64,000 nucleotides of DNA from Octopus vulgaris (taxonomy: Eukaryota), in the NCBI GenBank assembly GCA_951406725.2, contig OX597821.1, positions 21,514,001 through 21,578,000 on the forward strand, written 5' to 3'. Of this stretch, positions 44,884-59,326 are shown in pieces. The notes beneath the pieces are model-generated. The model was given only the letters and a program-made list of their open reading frames with translations, was not told where the DNA came from and searched no databases. The position numbers were made by a program, and so were the translations under genes. Each line of letters starts with the position of its first letter. Position 1 is the stretch's first letter.

Positions 44884-45214
44884 CTTTCTTTTATTAGCCA
44901 CACAGGGCTGAATACAGAGGGGACAAATACAAATGCAGAGCTTTTCTTTTCGAGGGTGGAAAAAAATAAAAATGTAAGATTGCGATCAAAAGGGATCGAG
45001 AGGAGGAAAAAAAGGAAAAAAAAGAAAATCGTGTATCACAGAAATAATGGTGTAAACATTGATATAACAAGATTGGGTTCATCCGTGGGAAGAAAAGCCT
45101 ACAGAAATGACCACGGGAACCCCAGTCAGGGAGGAAATAAACACATGAGGTCAAAAATGCTCTCTTTCTTTCTTTTTTACGATCTACAGGATCATGCTCA
45201 AAATGGTTTCGTTA

Positions 45215-48200
45215 CTAGCACGCACCATCTTTGCAACATTCACCCATCTTTTTTTGAATCTTATGGCGAGACAAAACTTCCCTCTCCATTCTCACCTTCC
45301 TTTTCAAGTGGTACTTGAAAAAGTTGATGAGCGATTGGCCAGAGAGGTAAGTGTTTGTCTCTAATCCTTTCGCTCGAGTCCACCACACACATTCTTTCAC
45401 CATGGCCACCAGTACGATGAAAACTGCCTTGCCTTCCCGGTTGAGGGAAGGGGGCGGAGCAATTCTCACCATAGACTCGGCCGATAGGCGGATTCGTCCC
45501 ACACGTGACAGCAGCCGTTCGGCATAAGCCCACAGGTCGGAAATGGTTGGACATTGCACGAGTGCGTGCAGAACGGTTTCGTCGCTCTGACCGCATCTCG
45601 GGCAAGTCGGTCCAGTGTGTCTGGAACCGTGTCTGTAGAGCTTATCCCGAACAGGTAATGCTTCTCGATAGCACTGCCAGGCCAGGGATCTTTGGTGATT
45701 GTTCATAGGTCCCGGCCCGAAAGTTGTCCTGAACAGGCGGGTCAGGTGTTCCTCGTCGACGCCCAGACTCTGCCCGAGTTCGTCGTCGCACCTCCCCTCC
45801 ACTAATCCTCTATAGAATGCCTTTGTTGTGATGGAGTCGCACAAGTTCGATCCCGGACGGCAGAGTTGCTTGAGAGCAACGCGACACTCGCGGTGCCATT
45901 CGCCTAGCCTCGGTCTCTGCTTGATCCATGACTGTAGTTCGTCCAAGGAGACGAGCTGCGGGAAAGCGCGCCGCACAAAAGGCGACCACCCCTGTTCACC
46001 GTTGTCTATGAAGCGCCGGAGATGTCGCAGTCTCAGCGCATGTCTGCGCATCATCAACCACGGCATGCCCAGCCCTCCATTTAGCGGGTGTTGGCAGCAA
46101 ATGGATCGCCTAACCATCGGAACGTTTCCCTTCCACAAGAAGCGGAAGAGTATGCGTTCCAGTTTGGTGATGGTAGGGTCGGGACAAGGCACGACGGTCA
46201 GACGATACTCGATGACGGATGCGATGTACGCGTTCGCCACCTCCGCCCGACCTTTTAGGGATAGCTTTCTCTCAGTCCATTTCTGGGTGAGAGTAGCCAC
46301 CCTAGTCGTTATCTCGCCCCAGTTCTTCTCCATTTGGAGGTCCGGACCGAACCAGACCCCGAGCAATTTAACCGGTCCGTCCGTCCAGCGTCCCACGATG
46401 GAGACGCTGTTGGACGGCATGGGCTTGCTTCTCCAGGTGCCGAGCCGCAAGCCCACTGACTTTTCCCGGTTAATTTTTGCTCCCGTTACCGCTTCGTATT
46501 CTTTCAGTGTCTCGCCGACCAGCTCGATGTGCTCGTAGCTCGACACTATGACGGTGACGTCATCCGCGTATGCAGACACGCTCCTCCCGCATCCCAGCTC
46601 TCGTGGGATGCCCCTCAGCGTCGCCAGTTTCCGCAGTAGTGGCTCAAGAGTCAGTACATACAGCAGCGATGAGAGGGGGCATCCCTGACGAACCGAACGC
46701 ATGATGTTAAAAGGTCTGGATAGATGACCATTTACGCGAACTACTGAGCGGATGCCGCTGTATAAGGCAGCGATCCAACCGCGGAAAACTGGACCGAAAC
46801 CAGCCGCTTTGAGGACAGCCTCCAAGTAGTGATGGTCTACCCTATCGAAGGCTTTTGATTGATCCAAATTGATCAGCGCCCCACCCATGCCAGGATTTTT
46901 AACTACCCTGTCTATGATGTAGCGCATCAGGTGGAGGTTGTCATGAATACTTCTACCCGGCACGGCGCATGTTTGCGCCTTGTCGATTAGTTTCTTGATG
47001 ACAAGCGCCAACCTCTCGGCTAACACCTTGGCCAAAATTTTCAAATCTGCGTTGAGCAGAGTGATGGGCCTGAAATTATCTATGACGTCCCCCTTGTTTG
47101 GGTCTTTCTTGATCAGTGCCACTGCTCCTCGCTTTACAAAAGCAGGAATACTCCCGTTCTGCTGCCAGTTGCAGTAGACAGCTGCCAAGACGCCTCCAAA
47201 CAAGTCTGGCATATGAAAATAAAATTCGTAGGGCAGACCATCCAAGCCTGGTGACTTGTCTCTCGCGCAGCCTACCATCGCATCCTGTACGTCCGCAGCT
47301 GTGATAGGCTTTTCACAAGACTCCACCTCCCTTGCTGAGAGTCGTGGCAAGGCATGCAGGTAGGCACTAAAGTCCACTCTGCTTTCTGACTCACCACTTG
47401 TCCCAAACAGTTGGGTGAAGTGTTGTTGAAAAACCCCACACATCCTTTTAGGCTCGAGCAATTCGCGCCCCTGTTCATCTATAAGAGACTTGATGGTGGC
47501 TCTGTTGCCTCGTTGCGTCTCCACCACTCGGGCCTCTTGGGCGGCTCCAACTCCTTCGTTCCTCAGAGCACGCATCCTAGCTCTGACAACGCATCCTTCG
47601 TGTTTGGCGTTGAGGTGTTGGTCGAGGGCCAATCTCGCCGCCAGTACGTTGGACGCGATGCCAGTTCTAAGTGCCTCTTCTAAAACCTTAACTAAATCTC
47701 CCTCTATTCTATTTCGGTCTAATGCTAGGGCTCTACTGTATCTGACTGATTCTGCTTTAATCGCTTTTTTTAGGGCATACCACCATCTGTTGTTGATGAT
47801 GGTACCCGTCAAAGCTCTCTTAACTAATGTGCTGATCCGGTCCCTGTAAACCTGTCGTGCTGTAAAAGACGCGTTCAGTTTCCAGTAACCAGGACCCTGC
47901 CTATGTGTCTTATCTAAGTCAAGTGTACAAGTCACAAACTTGTGATCTGTGTAACTGACTATATGAAATTGTGGACAACCTACACTATTTTTATCTATTG
48001 TCCTACAGAATACTCTATCTAAGTATGATCTGGACGACCCGATGCGGTTACTCCATGTCCACATTGGCACATTCGGGTGGTCCAGTCGGTACCTGTCAGA
48101 CAGTTGGAAACGTCTGAGCAGGTCTTTGAGGCATTTGCATCCCCTTCTATTGCTATCTCTGCCCACGTAGTCTAGATGCGTGTCCAGGGTGGCATTCCAA

Positions 48201-48622
48201 TCCCCCACTAAAAGTAAAGGACGAGACGTTCCCATGAAAGACTCTAGACGTCGAAAGAAATCTGGTCGGCCTGTTAAGGACGGAGCATAAACTGCTATCA
48301 GTCGAAAAGCACACTCATTGCTGCCATCGACATCCAAAACGACCAGCCTACCCTCCGGGTCTAGGAAATTTGCTCTTACTTTGAGATCCAGACTCTTCCG
48401 GATAAGCACCGCGGTGCCACCTCCGCCCATTCTCGGTAGACACGGAGAAAAATAAATGTTGAAATGTGTACCGAAAATGTGCTGGAGTGCCCGCAAGCTG
48501 TGGAGTCTGGTCTCACTGATGGCTATGATATTCAGATTTAGTGACTTGATGTCATTTAACAGGTAGCCTTGTTTCCAAGGCGACCCCAAGCCACGTACAT
48601 TTATACTACCTATTCTGAGCAT
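45215..48622 (-). CDS. LINE ORF2: APE endonuclease, reverse transcriptase, C-terminal Cys/His finger
   Basis: SINVRGL, SET, GDWN, YLDR, TDH (APE); FRPITLLN, DQSKAFDRV, RQGCPLS, YADD (RT); CPRC..ETVLH..C; ATG at 48622. Confidence 0.95.
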   Translation of the reverse strand: MLRIGSINVRGLGSPWKQGYLLNDIKSLNLNIIAISETRLHSLRALQHIFGTHFNIYFSPCLPRMGGGGTAVLIRKSLDLKVRANFLDPEGRLVVLDVDGSNECAFRLIAVYAPSLTGRPDFFRRLESFMGTSRPLLLVGDWNATLDTHLDYVGRDSNRRGCKCLKDLLRRFQLSDRYRLDHPNVPMWTWSNRIGSSRSYLDRVFCRTIDKNSVGCPQFHIVSYTDHKFVTCTLDLDKTHRQGPGYWKLNASFTARQVYRDRISTLVKRALTGTIINNRWWYALKKAIKAESVRYSRALALDRNRIEGDLVKVLEEALRTGIASNVLAARLALDQHLNAKHEGCVVRARMRALRNEGVGAAQEARVVETQRGNRATIKSLIDEQGRELLEPKRMCGVFQQHFTQLFGTSGESESRVDFSAYLHALPRLSAREVESCEKPITAADVQDAMVGCARDKSPGLDGLPYEFYFHMPDLFGGVLAAVYCNWQQNGSIPAFVKRGAVALIKKDPNKGDVIDNFRPITLLNADLKILAKVLAERLALVIKKLIDKAQTCAVPGRSIHDNLHLMRYIIDRVVKNPGMGGALINLDQSKAFDRVDHHYLEAVLKAAGFGPVFRGWIAALYSGIRSVVRVNGHLSRPFNIMRSVRQGCPLSSLLYVLTLEPLLRKLATLRGIPRELGCGRSVSAYADDVTVIVSSYEHIELVGETLKEYEAVTGAKINREKSVGLRLGTWRSKPMPSNSVSIVGRWTDGPVKLLGVWFGPDLQMEKNWGEITTRVATLTQKWTERKLSLKGRAEVANAYIASVIEYRLTVVPCPDPTITKLERILFRFLWKGNVPMVRRSICCQHPLNGGLGMPWLMMRRHALRLRHLRRFIDNGEQGWSPFVRRAFPQLVSLDELQSWIKQRPRLGEWHRECRVALKQLCRPGSNLCDSITTKAFYRGLVEGRCDDELGQSLGVDEEHLTRLFRTTFGPGPMNNHQRSLAWQCYREALPVRDKLYRHGSRHTGPTCPRCGQSDETVLHALVQCPTISDLWAYAERLLSRVGRIRLSAESMVRIAPPPSLNREGKAVFIVLVAMVKECVWWTRAKGLETNTYLSGQSLINFFKYHLKRKVRMEREVLSRHKIQKKMGECCKDGAC

Positions 48623-48664
48623 GTTCCGATAAAAGTGCAAAAAAGGAAAAGGAGAGAGAAAAGG

Positions 48665-50829
48665 TTACTTGTTTTTCGAAAGTTCTTTGTCTTTCACCTC
48701 ACGGTCTTCTTCTATGAGGCTTTTATACAGTTTTTTCGATGAGTACTTTTGAAATCTCCCTACTGCATCAGGGTAAAGAGATTTCAGGGTGCTGTATGTG
48801 TTCTGTGTCACGTGTATTATTTTAATGTGTTGTGGTGGTGTTGTGTGTGGGTGGTTACTTGTTTTTATGTCGTTTTCAGTAATGTTAGTGTTTGACCTAA
48901 TGTGTTCCATTAGGTCGTGGTTGTTTGTGTTTATGGCTGTCAACATTTTTGGGGGGTTTGATGATGGTGTGTTTGTGTTGATGTGTGTGTTTTCTGTGGA
49001 TGTTTTTGTTTCGGGAGTGGTGTATCTTCCCGCTTTGTTTGTTATTTTTTCTTTTCTTTTTTTTCCCCTTTTTCTTCTCCCCCCTGTGGCTATTTGCCAA
49101 TCTTCCGTGTCTTCTTCGTCTAATGACAGATCAGACGAATCGGAGTCTGGAAGAGGGAAAGTATTGGGGTCTATTGTCGACTGTGTTGGTTTTGTTGTTG
49201 GTGTTGGTTGGTGAGCGTTTGGTTGTGGTGTATGCGGTTTTGGATGTGGGGTTTGGGTATTTTGTGTTTGAGTGATTGTGGGTATTGTTGTGTTGTTTAG
49301 GGTCTCAATTTTGTGGGGATTTGGAGTTGTAATTGTTTCTTCATTTTTGCTGGGTGTCTTTTTGGCAGATGTCCTTGGTTTGGGAGTTGGTATATTCTTG
49401 GTTGTTGTTGTTGGTGATGCTGCTTCTGTTCTTGGTGCTGCAGTTGGTGTGGTTGTTTGTTTGGTGAGGTTTGTTCCTGCAAAAAGTGGTGTGGGTAGTA
49501 AACCTTGTTTATTTGTTTTTGTTTCCGGCTGCTGTTGTTGTTGCTGTTGTTTTCTTGCGGCAGATTTGCAGTCTTTTTTGAGATGTTGCTCACTGCCGCA
49601 TATGTAGCAACGTGGTCTTCTGCCATCGACGACCACATATAACTTGTGGTCGTCTGATACACATATCTGGGTGGGTATTTTTTTTATATCTTCATGATGT
49701 ATATGTAGAAGAAATTCTATTTTTTTCCCACCCAGTTTTTATGCTCTGTGACTGTGGTTTCCAAAATAGTATAATTCGCCATTTTTACGCATAAGGCCTT
49801 TACAAGCCATAGACTATTGGCTATTTTGGGGACATTGTTTAGAGTGATCTTAGTCACTTTCTGTCCCCGATAGCTTGGTGTAAGTTGGAGTTCATCTGAG
49901 TGAAGAGTTAGCGTTGAGAAATGTCTAGCTAACTCTTCGGTGTAGAAAACAACTTGTATGTGGGCAAATTTGTTCCACCAGGTTACATATTCTTTGTGAT
50001 CCCAGATGGGTTTCAAGCACTTCTCTATTTTGCTTGTGTTGGCCTTCTCTGGGATTTTTGTTTTTTTGTTAACTATTTTATAAATGATTGTTCGTCTTTT
50101 TTCATTTTCCAAAATGTCTTCTGGTATGTTTATTTTTACTATACCTTCTGATTCTGTTATTTTGATGTTCGTGTCCTGTATTTGTTGAGCCGTAAAGTAT
50201 ATTGTTGTTTTTTTTTCTTTAATCGCCTCAGCAAAATTTGTTGTTGTTTTGTTATTGTTGTTGCTTGTGGTGATGTTGTTGTTGGCTGCAGTTTGTAAAA
50301 TTGGTGTGTTTGGTTCGATCGTGCAAGTAGGAAGGGGTGGAAAATTGCCTGCGTACTTTAGTCCTGCACTAGGGCAAATTTCGACATTTCGTTTGCTTGT
50401 CGTCGTTATTTTTTCACTTGTTGGTGATGGAGTGAGCAGTGGTTGAAGGGAATTGTTGTTGTCGTCGTTGTTGTTGTTGTTGTTGTTGTTGTTATTGTCG
50501 TTCTTGGTGACGGCGGTGGTGTTGGTAGTATTAGTAGCATTGACGGCACGGTCTTTGGTGGCGGTGATGGTGATGTTGGTGTTGTTATTGGTGGCGATAT
50601 CTTTAGTAGGGGTAGCAGTTTTAGTAGCAGATTCTGCCATGGTGTTGGTGGTGGTGGTGGACTCACTGATGGTGTTGACGGTGCTTGGCCTTGCGACCTT
50701 TGTTTTGTATTTGTTGCTGTTGATGGTGGTGGAGTTGTCAGGTTCGGCGTATGCTAACAGAGCATCCTGTTTTTCTGTTTCTGCGTCACGCTTGACTTGC
50801 ACCTCAGCCTCGTGGTGGCCAGTGGCCAT
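48665..50829 (-). pseudogene. LINE ORF1 (Thr/Asn-rich, CCHC knuckle), frameshifted near 49640-49720
   Basis: ORFs 49717-50955 and 48665-49636; CYICGSEQHLKKDC; probable ATG at 50829. Confidence 0.85.
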
Positions 50830-51045
50830 TTTGGAAATAAAATGGCTAAATGAAACCACGAAGGCTATGAGAATTTTTCTTTTAAATTTTGCCCACAAGG
50901 GGCAAAATTTTGTGTCGATATTTATCAAAGGTTTACAGTGGATGTTGTTGCACAACTTTTAAGCACAAAATGTTTGTCAATATACACTTTTAAATAGTCA
51001 AAATAAATGATTACCTTCGGAGCTGAAACGACATCACATCCGTCA

Positions 51046-51046
<1 letters not shown>

Positions 51047-51127
<81 letters not shown>
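51047..51127. repeat. (GATA)n microsatellite
   Basis: direct reading. Confidence 0.98.
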
Positions 51128-51128
<1 letters not shown>

Positions 51129-51225
51129 TAATGCTAATGCAAACTTCTATATATGACAATTTATATATGCGTGTGAGAGTGAAAGTGCATCAGCAAATGT
51201 GTGTGCGCATGTGCGTATTAGCCTT

Positions 51226-51289
51226 ATATTTAAATATATACACATCAGTTATTTACACACACGTACATACACACGCGCGCACACTTACT

Positions 51290-51331
<42 letters not shown>

Positions 51332-51365
51332 TGTTTATATATATATGTGCAATTGTATACGTAGA

Positions 51366-51426
<61 letters not shown>

Positions 51427-51490
51427 AGTATGTGTGTGCGCTTGTGTATGTAGGTTTGTGTAAATAACTGACGTGTATATATTTAAATAT
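51226..51490. repeat. ~65-bp diverged inverted repeat around a (TA)n tract
   Basis: ATATTTAAATATATACACATCAGTTATTTACAC... versus ...GTGTAAATAACTGACGTGTATATATTTAAATAT. Confidence 0.8.
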
Positions 51491-51843
51491 GTATGTACGT
51501 TCGTGTGTGTTCGCGCGTGTGTATACTTGAGTGTGCGCGAGTGAGTATGTATATAAAGTATTGTGTTTAAATAACATATGCATGTGTATGTTTATATATT
51601 CAGTCAGTAAATTAGATATTGTCAATGTAGACAGTCTTATCCGCCATTATCGATTATATAATAGCTGTTATAATAGTTATGAAGGAAACGATTACAGGTG
51701 GGAGGTAGCTGGGTGGATGTGGTTGTTTGATTTCAAATTAAGAGGAGACATACTGACATACATATACATATACGGGGATATTGAGACACACCCAGACACA
51801 CACAAGCGCCTACGTACACACACATATATACAGACATATCATT

Positions 51844-51931
<88 letters not shown>

Positions 51932-52214
51932 TGCGTATGTATATATATATATATATATATATACGTACATACATGTAGAGAGAGTACGTAAGAGAGTAAG
52001 AAAATGTAAAAACAGATAAGGAAAGATCCAATTAAGTTAATGATAGCAATAATATCGGTGAATTCTTTTTATATATGTTTGTGCGTGTGCTTGTGTGTAT
52101 GTGGTGTTGTATACGTCTATGCATATGTGTGTGTGCTTTTTATGCCTGTGCATGCATAAAGTAGGTGTACGTGAATATATGTATGTTTGTGTTTGAGTAT
52201 GTATCTATATACAC

Positions 52215-52297
<83 letters not shown>

Positions 52298-54402
52298 TAT
52301 ACACACACACACAAGCCTTCAAGCATGCACGCACACGCACACAAACACATGCACACATAGATATATGTCTGTCTATGTTGATGAATGATTAAAGAATTAT
52401 TACATGAATATAGAGACTAAGGAGTGAATGATGTGTGCCATATGGCAAATTTTAAAATAAGATTATGGTAAATACTCATCCCAGAAATGAGGTTTGCAGA
52501 TCACGTGGCATTCGCGACACATCTAGTTCAGCAATTGCCGTTCTGTATGGAAGAACTCTGAAAGGATTTTGAAATACCTCAGCATGACCACAAAAAGAAG
52601 TGTTTTGCTAAGATACTATTCAATGCGTTCCTGTCCTTGCTATCAGTAACTATGACCTGGAGTATGCAGACGATAATTCATCTCTGGGTTCACCATCATG
52701 GTGGACTTCTCTCTTGAATTTGAGATCAACATATGTATTGAAAGTGCTCATTTAATCCTAAAGAGGCACACTGAGTTTGCATCTGTAGAGCTTCCTAATT
52801 CAACGCCTTATTGCATAGGAGCCAGCAGCCTCTATTCGTGACAGCAGCAGTGTTTCAACGTCTCTCATCGATACAGGCTCTCATCAATTCACTAGTAATA
52901 CACTTCTGGTTTGCCTCCGACACGTTAATTCTTCATCATATTGAAGGTGTCAACTTCTGTTCAGAGAATAAAGTTTATCTTGCAGCAAGAATTTCATATT
53001 TGAATTTGTTTGGGCAGGAATGTTGAAGTATAACTGTATTTCCTAACATAACTTATTATCCTACATGTCTCGTTAAAAAAATCACATTCGACTGCTCTGA
53101 ACATCAATGTTCCTTTTTCATTGGAATGTCTTTTTCAATGTATCATATCATTCCTTTCTCTCTGACTTTGTCTTCTTATATGAGGTAAATTTCATTCCTA
53201 TTTCTATCAAATCATGCGCCACCATTTTAAACTCTTAAACTCGTAAACTTATTATGTACACACATACACACACATATATATAGAGAGAAAGAGACCTATT
53301 GATACATAGATACATATATATCAACCCTATACCTAAGCATAAATGTATATGTGAGTGTGCGTGTTTGTGTGTGTGTGTGTGTGTTTGTGTGTGTGTGTAT
53401 GCTCTCTACTTTATAGAACAATGAACCATCTATGAGCTTGCAGTGACCGTTATAGCAATGAGCAATTTGATTTTCCATTATATCACTAACTTCCTCTATG
53501 AATCTGTAACAAGAGAGAGATATCAGAAAAGGTAGCGACAGATTTTCAAGAATATGATCTTCATGAGAGAATATATTTGATCATTTGTCCACTCATCCAG
53601 AGGGTACGGCAGGTTTAACAAAAACAACGACAATAGCAACAATAATATAAGAACTGTAGAGCATATCTACATGTTGGTGTTGTTTAACTTCAAGGCAGAC
53701 GTGATTGTACGAACCAGTTATAAAAAGCGTTTCAACAGTGACCATTCTGAGAGGCAACCACGCAATGCAACTAAGTGTACGTAACTCAATGTGTCCATTT
53801 CATTTTAAGATAATAATGTGAAATTATGAGAATGTGGACTGACATTTCTAGCAGGTCTAATAAACATATAGAGATTCATGCGTCAGTTCATAACTTGATC
53901 AAATTATTGGTCTTGCTTTTGTTTTATTAATTCTGCTCTCTTTTGAAGATTATTGCTTTATTGTTTCCAATATGTTCATTTTTAAACGCTTCAAGTAGCT
54001 TTGTATATTTGCTTCAAAGACAGTTTTATGGAAACCTTATGTAGGTGCATTGGTGAACGCTCAGAATGTGATGTAGGAAGCCTGGCCTAATTTTCTTTTT
54101 CCTTTGTTTACAATTACGAAGAGTTCGAACATTTCAGTCTTTATTTTTGAATTTCAATTTTAAACTGCAGATTCTAATTATTTTCTCGGATAATTAAATA
54201 GGTAAGTAGTTACACATCACTGGTTACAGGATTTTTAAAAAATATTTTTTGATGCAATATTTCATTTATTAGACATAAGAATATATTTCTAGCTGTGTGT
54301 GTGAGAGAGAGAGAGTGTGTGTGTGTGCGCATGTGTGTTTGTGCGTGTGTGTGTATATATACACACATATATATATATACATACATTCACACATATATTT
54401 AA

Positions 54403-54437
<35 letters not shown>

Positions 54438-55244
54438 GGTACGTGTGTGTGTGTGAGTGTGTGGGGGTGTCTAAATATATGTATATATATGTATGCATGT
54501 ATATATGTATATATGAGAGAGAATGAAGGAGAATGAAAGATGCTATTACATGTGAAATGATAAGAAACATTTTAATACGAAAGGATCAATGCCACTTATA
54601 CTAACAGGTTTTATATATACGGATTATTCCGTTTTCCTGTGCATATATATAAAACACACACTTAGCGTGCTACTGTCTTGTATATATATATCGTTGCTTA
54701 CTACTCCACTAAGGTAGGATCAGCTAAAAAGTATCCCTTCCAATGCGATAAATATCACTGAATGTACACTGTATGAAAATAAGTGCTACTAGTGGTTTCT
54801 CACTATTGATTCACGTGATTAGGTACATAAGTACAACAGGCCTTTGGTCTCGAAAGAGTTCTCTGGCTCTGGACACATTGAAAGACAGGACCCTGGTACA
54901 TTAGAAACCACGATGAAAAAAGACGATAATTTCGTGCTAGACAGGGAATGAGAGGATAATGGATGAATATAAAGGGAAACTCAAAGATAAGGAAAGAATG
55001 CTTGAATTATGTCCTCACTGCCCGTAGAAATCATGATTAAACGAACTGGTTGAATTATTCTTCACCAGCTGTGTTAGTTATGACTTAGTTATGAACGTAA
55101 CTCTAGTTTTCAGTATGCTCTTGTTTTTCTTTTTCTCTTCTATCATCATCGGTTGTCTTCTCATTCCCTTTTTTCTATCAAGGTTCTCAGGTTTTTTGTT
55201 TTTCTCTTCCGTATTTTTCTCATGCATCAGTGTTTTGTTTTTCA

Positions 55245-55415
55245 AGGCCTGAAATCTAAAGGGACGGGCTAGTCGAATAGATCGACCCCAGTGGCCAACT
55301 ACTACTTATTACATTGGAATTCAAAGGATGAAAGTCAAAGTTGAACTCGGCGGCATTTTGAACAGAAAACATAAAAGTAGAAGAATGCCGCTAAGCATCT
55401 GCCTGGCCACCACCT
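55245..55415 (-). mobile_element. diverged SINE family C
   Basis: ATCGACCCCAG and AAAGGATGAAAG..AAAGTTGAACTCGGCGG match family C. Confidence 0.65.
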
Positions 55416-55933
<518 letters not shown>

Positions 55934-56722
55934 CAGCAATGGTTGAGAAGCTCAGGACTCAAAGCAGAAACAGAGGGATTTTTAATTGCAGCACAAGACC
56001 AAAGCCTCCCCACCAGAAATTACCAAAAACATGTAATGAAAAGAAATATTACAAGTAACTGCAGAATATGTGGAGATGGACAAGAAACAATAAATCATAT
56101 TATCTCTAGCTGCCCAGTCCTGGCTAAGAAGGAATATATTCACAGACATGACAGAGTTGGAACCTACATACATTGGAAGCTATGCCAACATTATGGAATA
56201 ACAACAGAAAAAAGATGGTATAGGCACACACCAGAAAAGGTCACAGAAAACGAGAAAGCAACCATACTCTGGGATATGCCGATACACACAGATAGAGAAA
56301 TTAAGGCCAACAGACCAGATATAGTTGTCAGAGATCATGAAGAAAAAAATGCTTTCTAATTGATGTATCAATACCGGCAGATGACAACGTGTCTCTAAAA
56401 GAAATGGAGAAACTCTCAAAATACAAAGACCTGGAAATAGAGGTAACTAGAATGTGGAACCTGAAAACAGAAACAATTCCTATCATAGTAGGTGCATTAG
56501 GCATGATAAAAAAATATTCAGACAAATACATAACAAAAACACCAGGACTTACAAACACATATAACATACAGAAAATTGCACTACTAGGCACTGCACACAT
56601 CCTACGCAGAACACTTTCCATACAATAACGATCAGAGCATCACAACAAATCACAGCACATACCCAAGGCACACAGAGCTGCGCTCGGTAGTGAAGTGAAA
56701 GCACGCTATAAAAATAAAACTA

Positions 56723-56725
<3 letters not shown>
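55934..56725 (+). mobile_element. R4/Dong-like LINE family 2, 3' end, in (AAT)n
   Basis: LKAETEGFLIAAQDQ, CRIC..HIISSC, RHD, RPDIVV, KLSKYKDL; AAT on both flanks. Confidence 0.9.
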
Positions 56726-56792
<67 letters not shown>

Positions 56793-57066
56793 GACTTAAA
56801 ATATGAAACAGAAGGGTTTATCATAGCAGCTCAAGATCAATGCCGACCTACAAGGAACGACCTGGCCAACATATTAAAGAACGGCAGTAGCCCAACATGT
56901 TGTGTATGTCAACTACAAAATGAAACCATTGATCATGTTGTTTCCAAGTGCAGTCTTCTTGCGCCTACAGAATATCTCAACAGCCATACTAGAGCAGCAC
57001 AATATATTCACTGCGTAATTTGCAACCTGGGATTTCCGCACGGTAAAAGCTAGTAGGAACACAAAA
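56793..57066 (+). mobile_element. internal fragment of R4/Dong family 1
   Basis: nucleotide match to 3535-3806. Confidence 0.85.
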
Positions 57067-57071
57067 TCTGA

Positions 57072-57104
<33 letters not shown>

Positions 57105-57665
57105 GTGGAGTGTGTTTTGTGGTACTCGTTCAGTGTATGCATCTGTGCACGTGTATTTATATAGCTAGAGAAACTGAAAGTAGGAAGAAACAGAAAAGGA
57201 GTTTAAAATACTTTTCAGCTTAAGGCGGAAAAAACTACAAACGAGTTTGTTGCTATAAATGAATATATATATGCCTGTATGATTGTGTGCTTATGAATAT
57301 GCGTGCGTGTATGTGTGTATATGTATGTAGGAATGTGTTTGTGTGGGTGTGTGGGTAACTGTTTCTCTGTGTGTGCGTGTGTGTGTGTGCGTGTTTATAT
57401 GTGTGTGAGTCGTTTGTGTTTGTCTATGTTTCATTCACTCAAAGAGTTGTATAATATTGCAAAAAAGCCAACGGTATATAAATAATATGTGGTACGCACA
57501 AGAGAATGTGGAGTATATAACATCCGATTACCATATCATTCAAATTGAATAATAGGGAAGGTTTGCATCTAAGAATATGTATACTTACTGACAAAGACAC
57601 ATGAGTGTCTGTGTGCATGTTGTTATGTGTATATGCATGTATATGTACACCACACACACACACGC

Positions 57666-57726
<61 letters not shown>

Positions 57727-58100
57727 TATGCATGGAAACATATCTATGTTGGATATTCTAAAAACATGCATACAGAAGCAAATATATTTGTGCGTTTGTT
57801 ATGCATGATTACATAAGGAGCAGCAATTAGAGACAGTTTTAAGCATGTTGCATGAAAACTTGCACTTAGAATGCAACTAATTGCAGTTTTCTTATATAGT
57901 AAATCTTTCAGATCTGCAACAAAAATTTAATTACCAAGCAATATAGAATGCCTCTTCTGTTCACAAAGCTTTTTTATCGATAACTATTTTCTGGATATAA
58001 ATATACACATATTTCTATAAATGCATATCTAAATATATATATATATACAATCATATGATATATATATTATATATATATATTTATTTATTTATTTATTTAC

Positions 58101-58138
<38 letters not shown>

Positions 58139-58243
58139 GCATATACATATATATATATATACATTTAATGGGCATACATATGTATATATATATATATGCA
58201 TGTGTGTGTATATATATATACATATATATATATATTTAATGGG

Positions 58244-58295
<52 letters not shown>

Positions 58296-58436
58296 TATAT
58301 TTGCATATACATGTCTATTTTGTTTAGATGTATTTATCATAAATATGCATGCATACATGAGCATGGAATGCATAGATAGATAGACAGACATATATGTAGA
58401 CAGATAGATAGATAGATAGATAGATAGATAGTTAAC

Positions 58437-58480
<44 letters not shown>

Positions 58481-58592
58481 GACAGACATACGTGGATGAA
58501 TATATACAATGTCTGTTTCAGTTTCTGTCACTCTCTCTATCTCTCTCTCTTTATATGCTTGATTGTGTGTGCGTTGGTGTGTGTATGCGCAT

Positions 58593-58637
<45 letters not shown>

Positions 58638-59267
58638 TGTGTGTGTGACTTTGATTAGCGTTATATCGCTTTGTGTACAGGTGCGCATACACATAAATAG
58701 ACGTAAAACCATTCGGTCACACAGGCATACATATATACATACGTATGCGTTAGAGCATGAAGTGAGACAAGTAAAATATATTCTATTTTCCTGAAAAGCC
58801 TAAGCACAAAATTGTGTTCGCATGTGTATGAGCATATGTGTGTGTATGAGCGCATGGGTAGACCTATTCCATTTTATATGTCTGTATGTTTGTGCGTATG
58901 CGTTCGTGAGTGTGTGCGTTTGTGTCTGTATTTGTGTGTGTATGTGTTTGTATGTGTGTGTGCTTTCTTGTAGGCATTTACGTGTATGTACGGTGGAGTC
59001 TGATAAATTCGATGAGTGCACAGAAATGTTTGCAATTAGACTAATAGTCTAGTTGAGGTAATTAGGATCGATGGGCATAATTAAAGAAAACTTGTACGAA
59101 GACAACGACAACGACGACGATGATGGTGATGACGACGATGATAATGACGACGACGATGATGATGATGATGATGATGATGATGACGAGGAGGATTATGTTT
59201 ATGACAATGACGGCAATGCCGACCGTCATCATCAGCATCATATAGAGTATATATATATGTACGTATG

Positions 59268-59326
<59 letters not shown>

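Larger units (their letters stand above)
44883..51046 (-). mobile_element. near full-length Tx1/L1-clade LINE inserted in (GATA)n
   Basis: 5' UTR, ORF1, ORF2, 3' UTR ending AATAAAAGAAAG; GATA repeats on both sides. Confidence 0.93.

Noticed and set aside
45828-47849. Plus-strand ORFs opposite LINE ORF2
   Set aside because: Antisense shadows of a GC-richer coding region; no recognisable motifs
52590-52680. DLEYADD motif suggesting an RTE-like RT remnant
   Set aside because: Too short and disrupted to call without a database search
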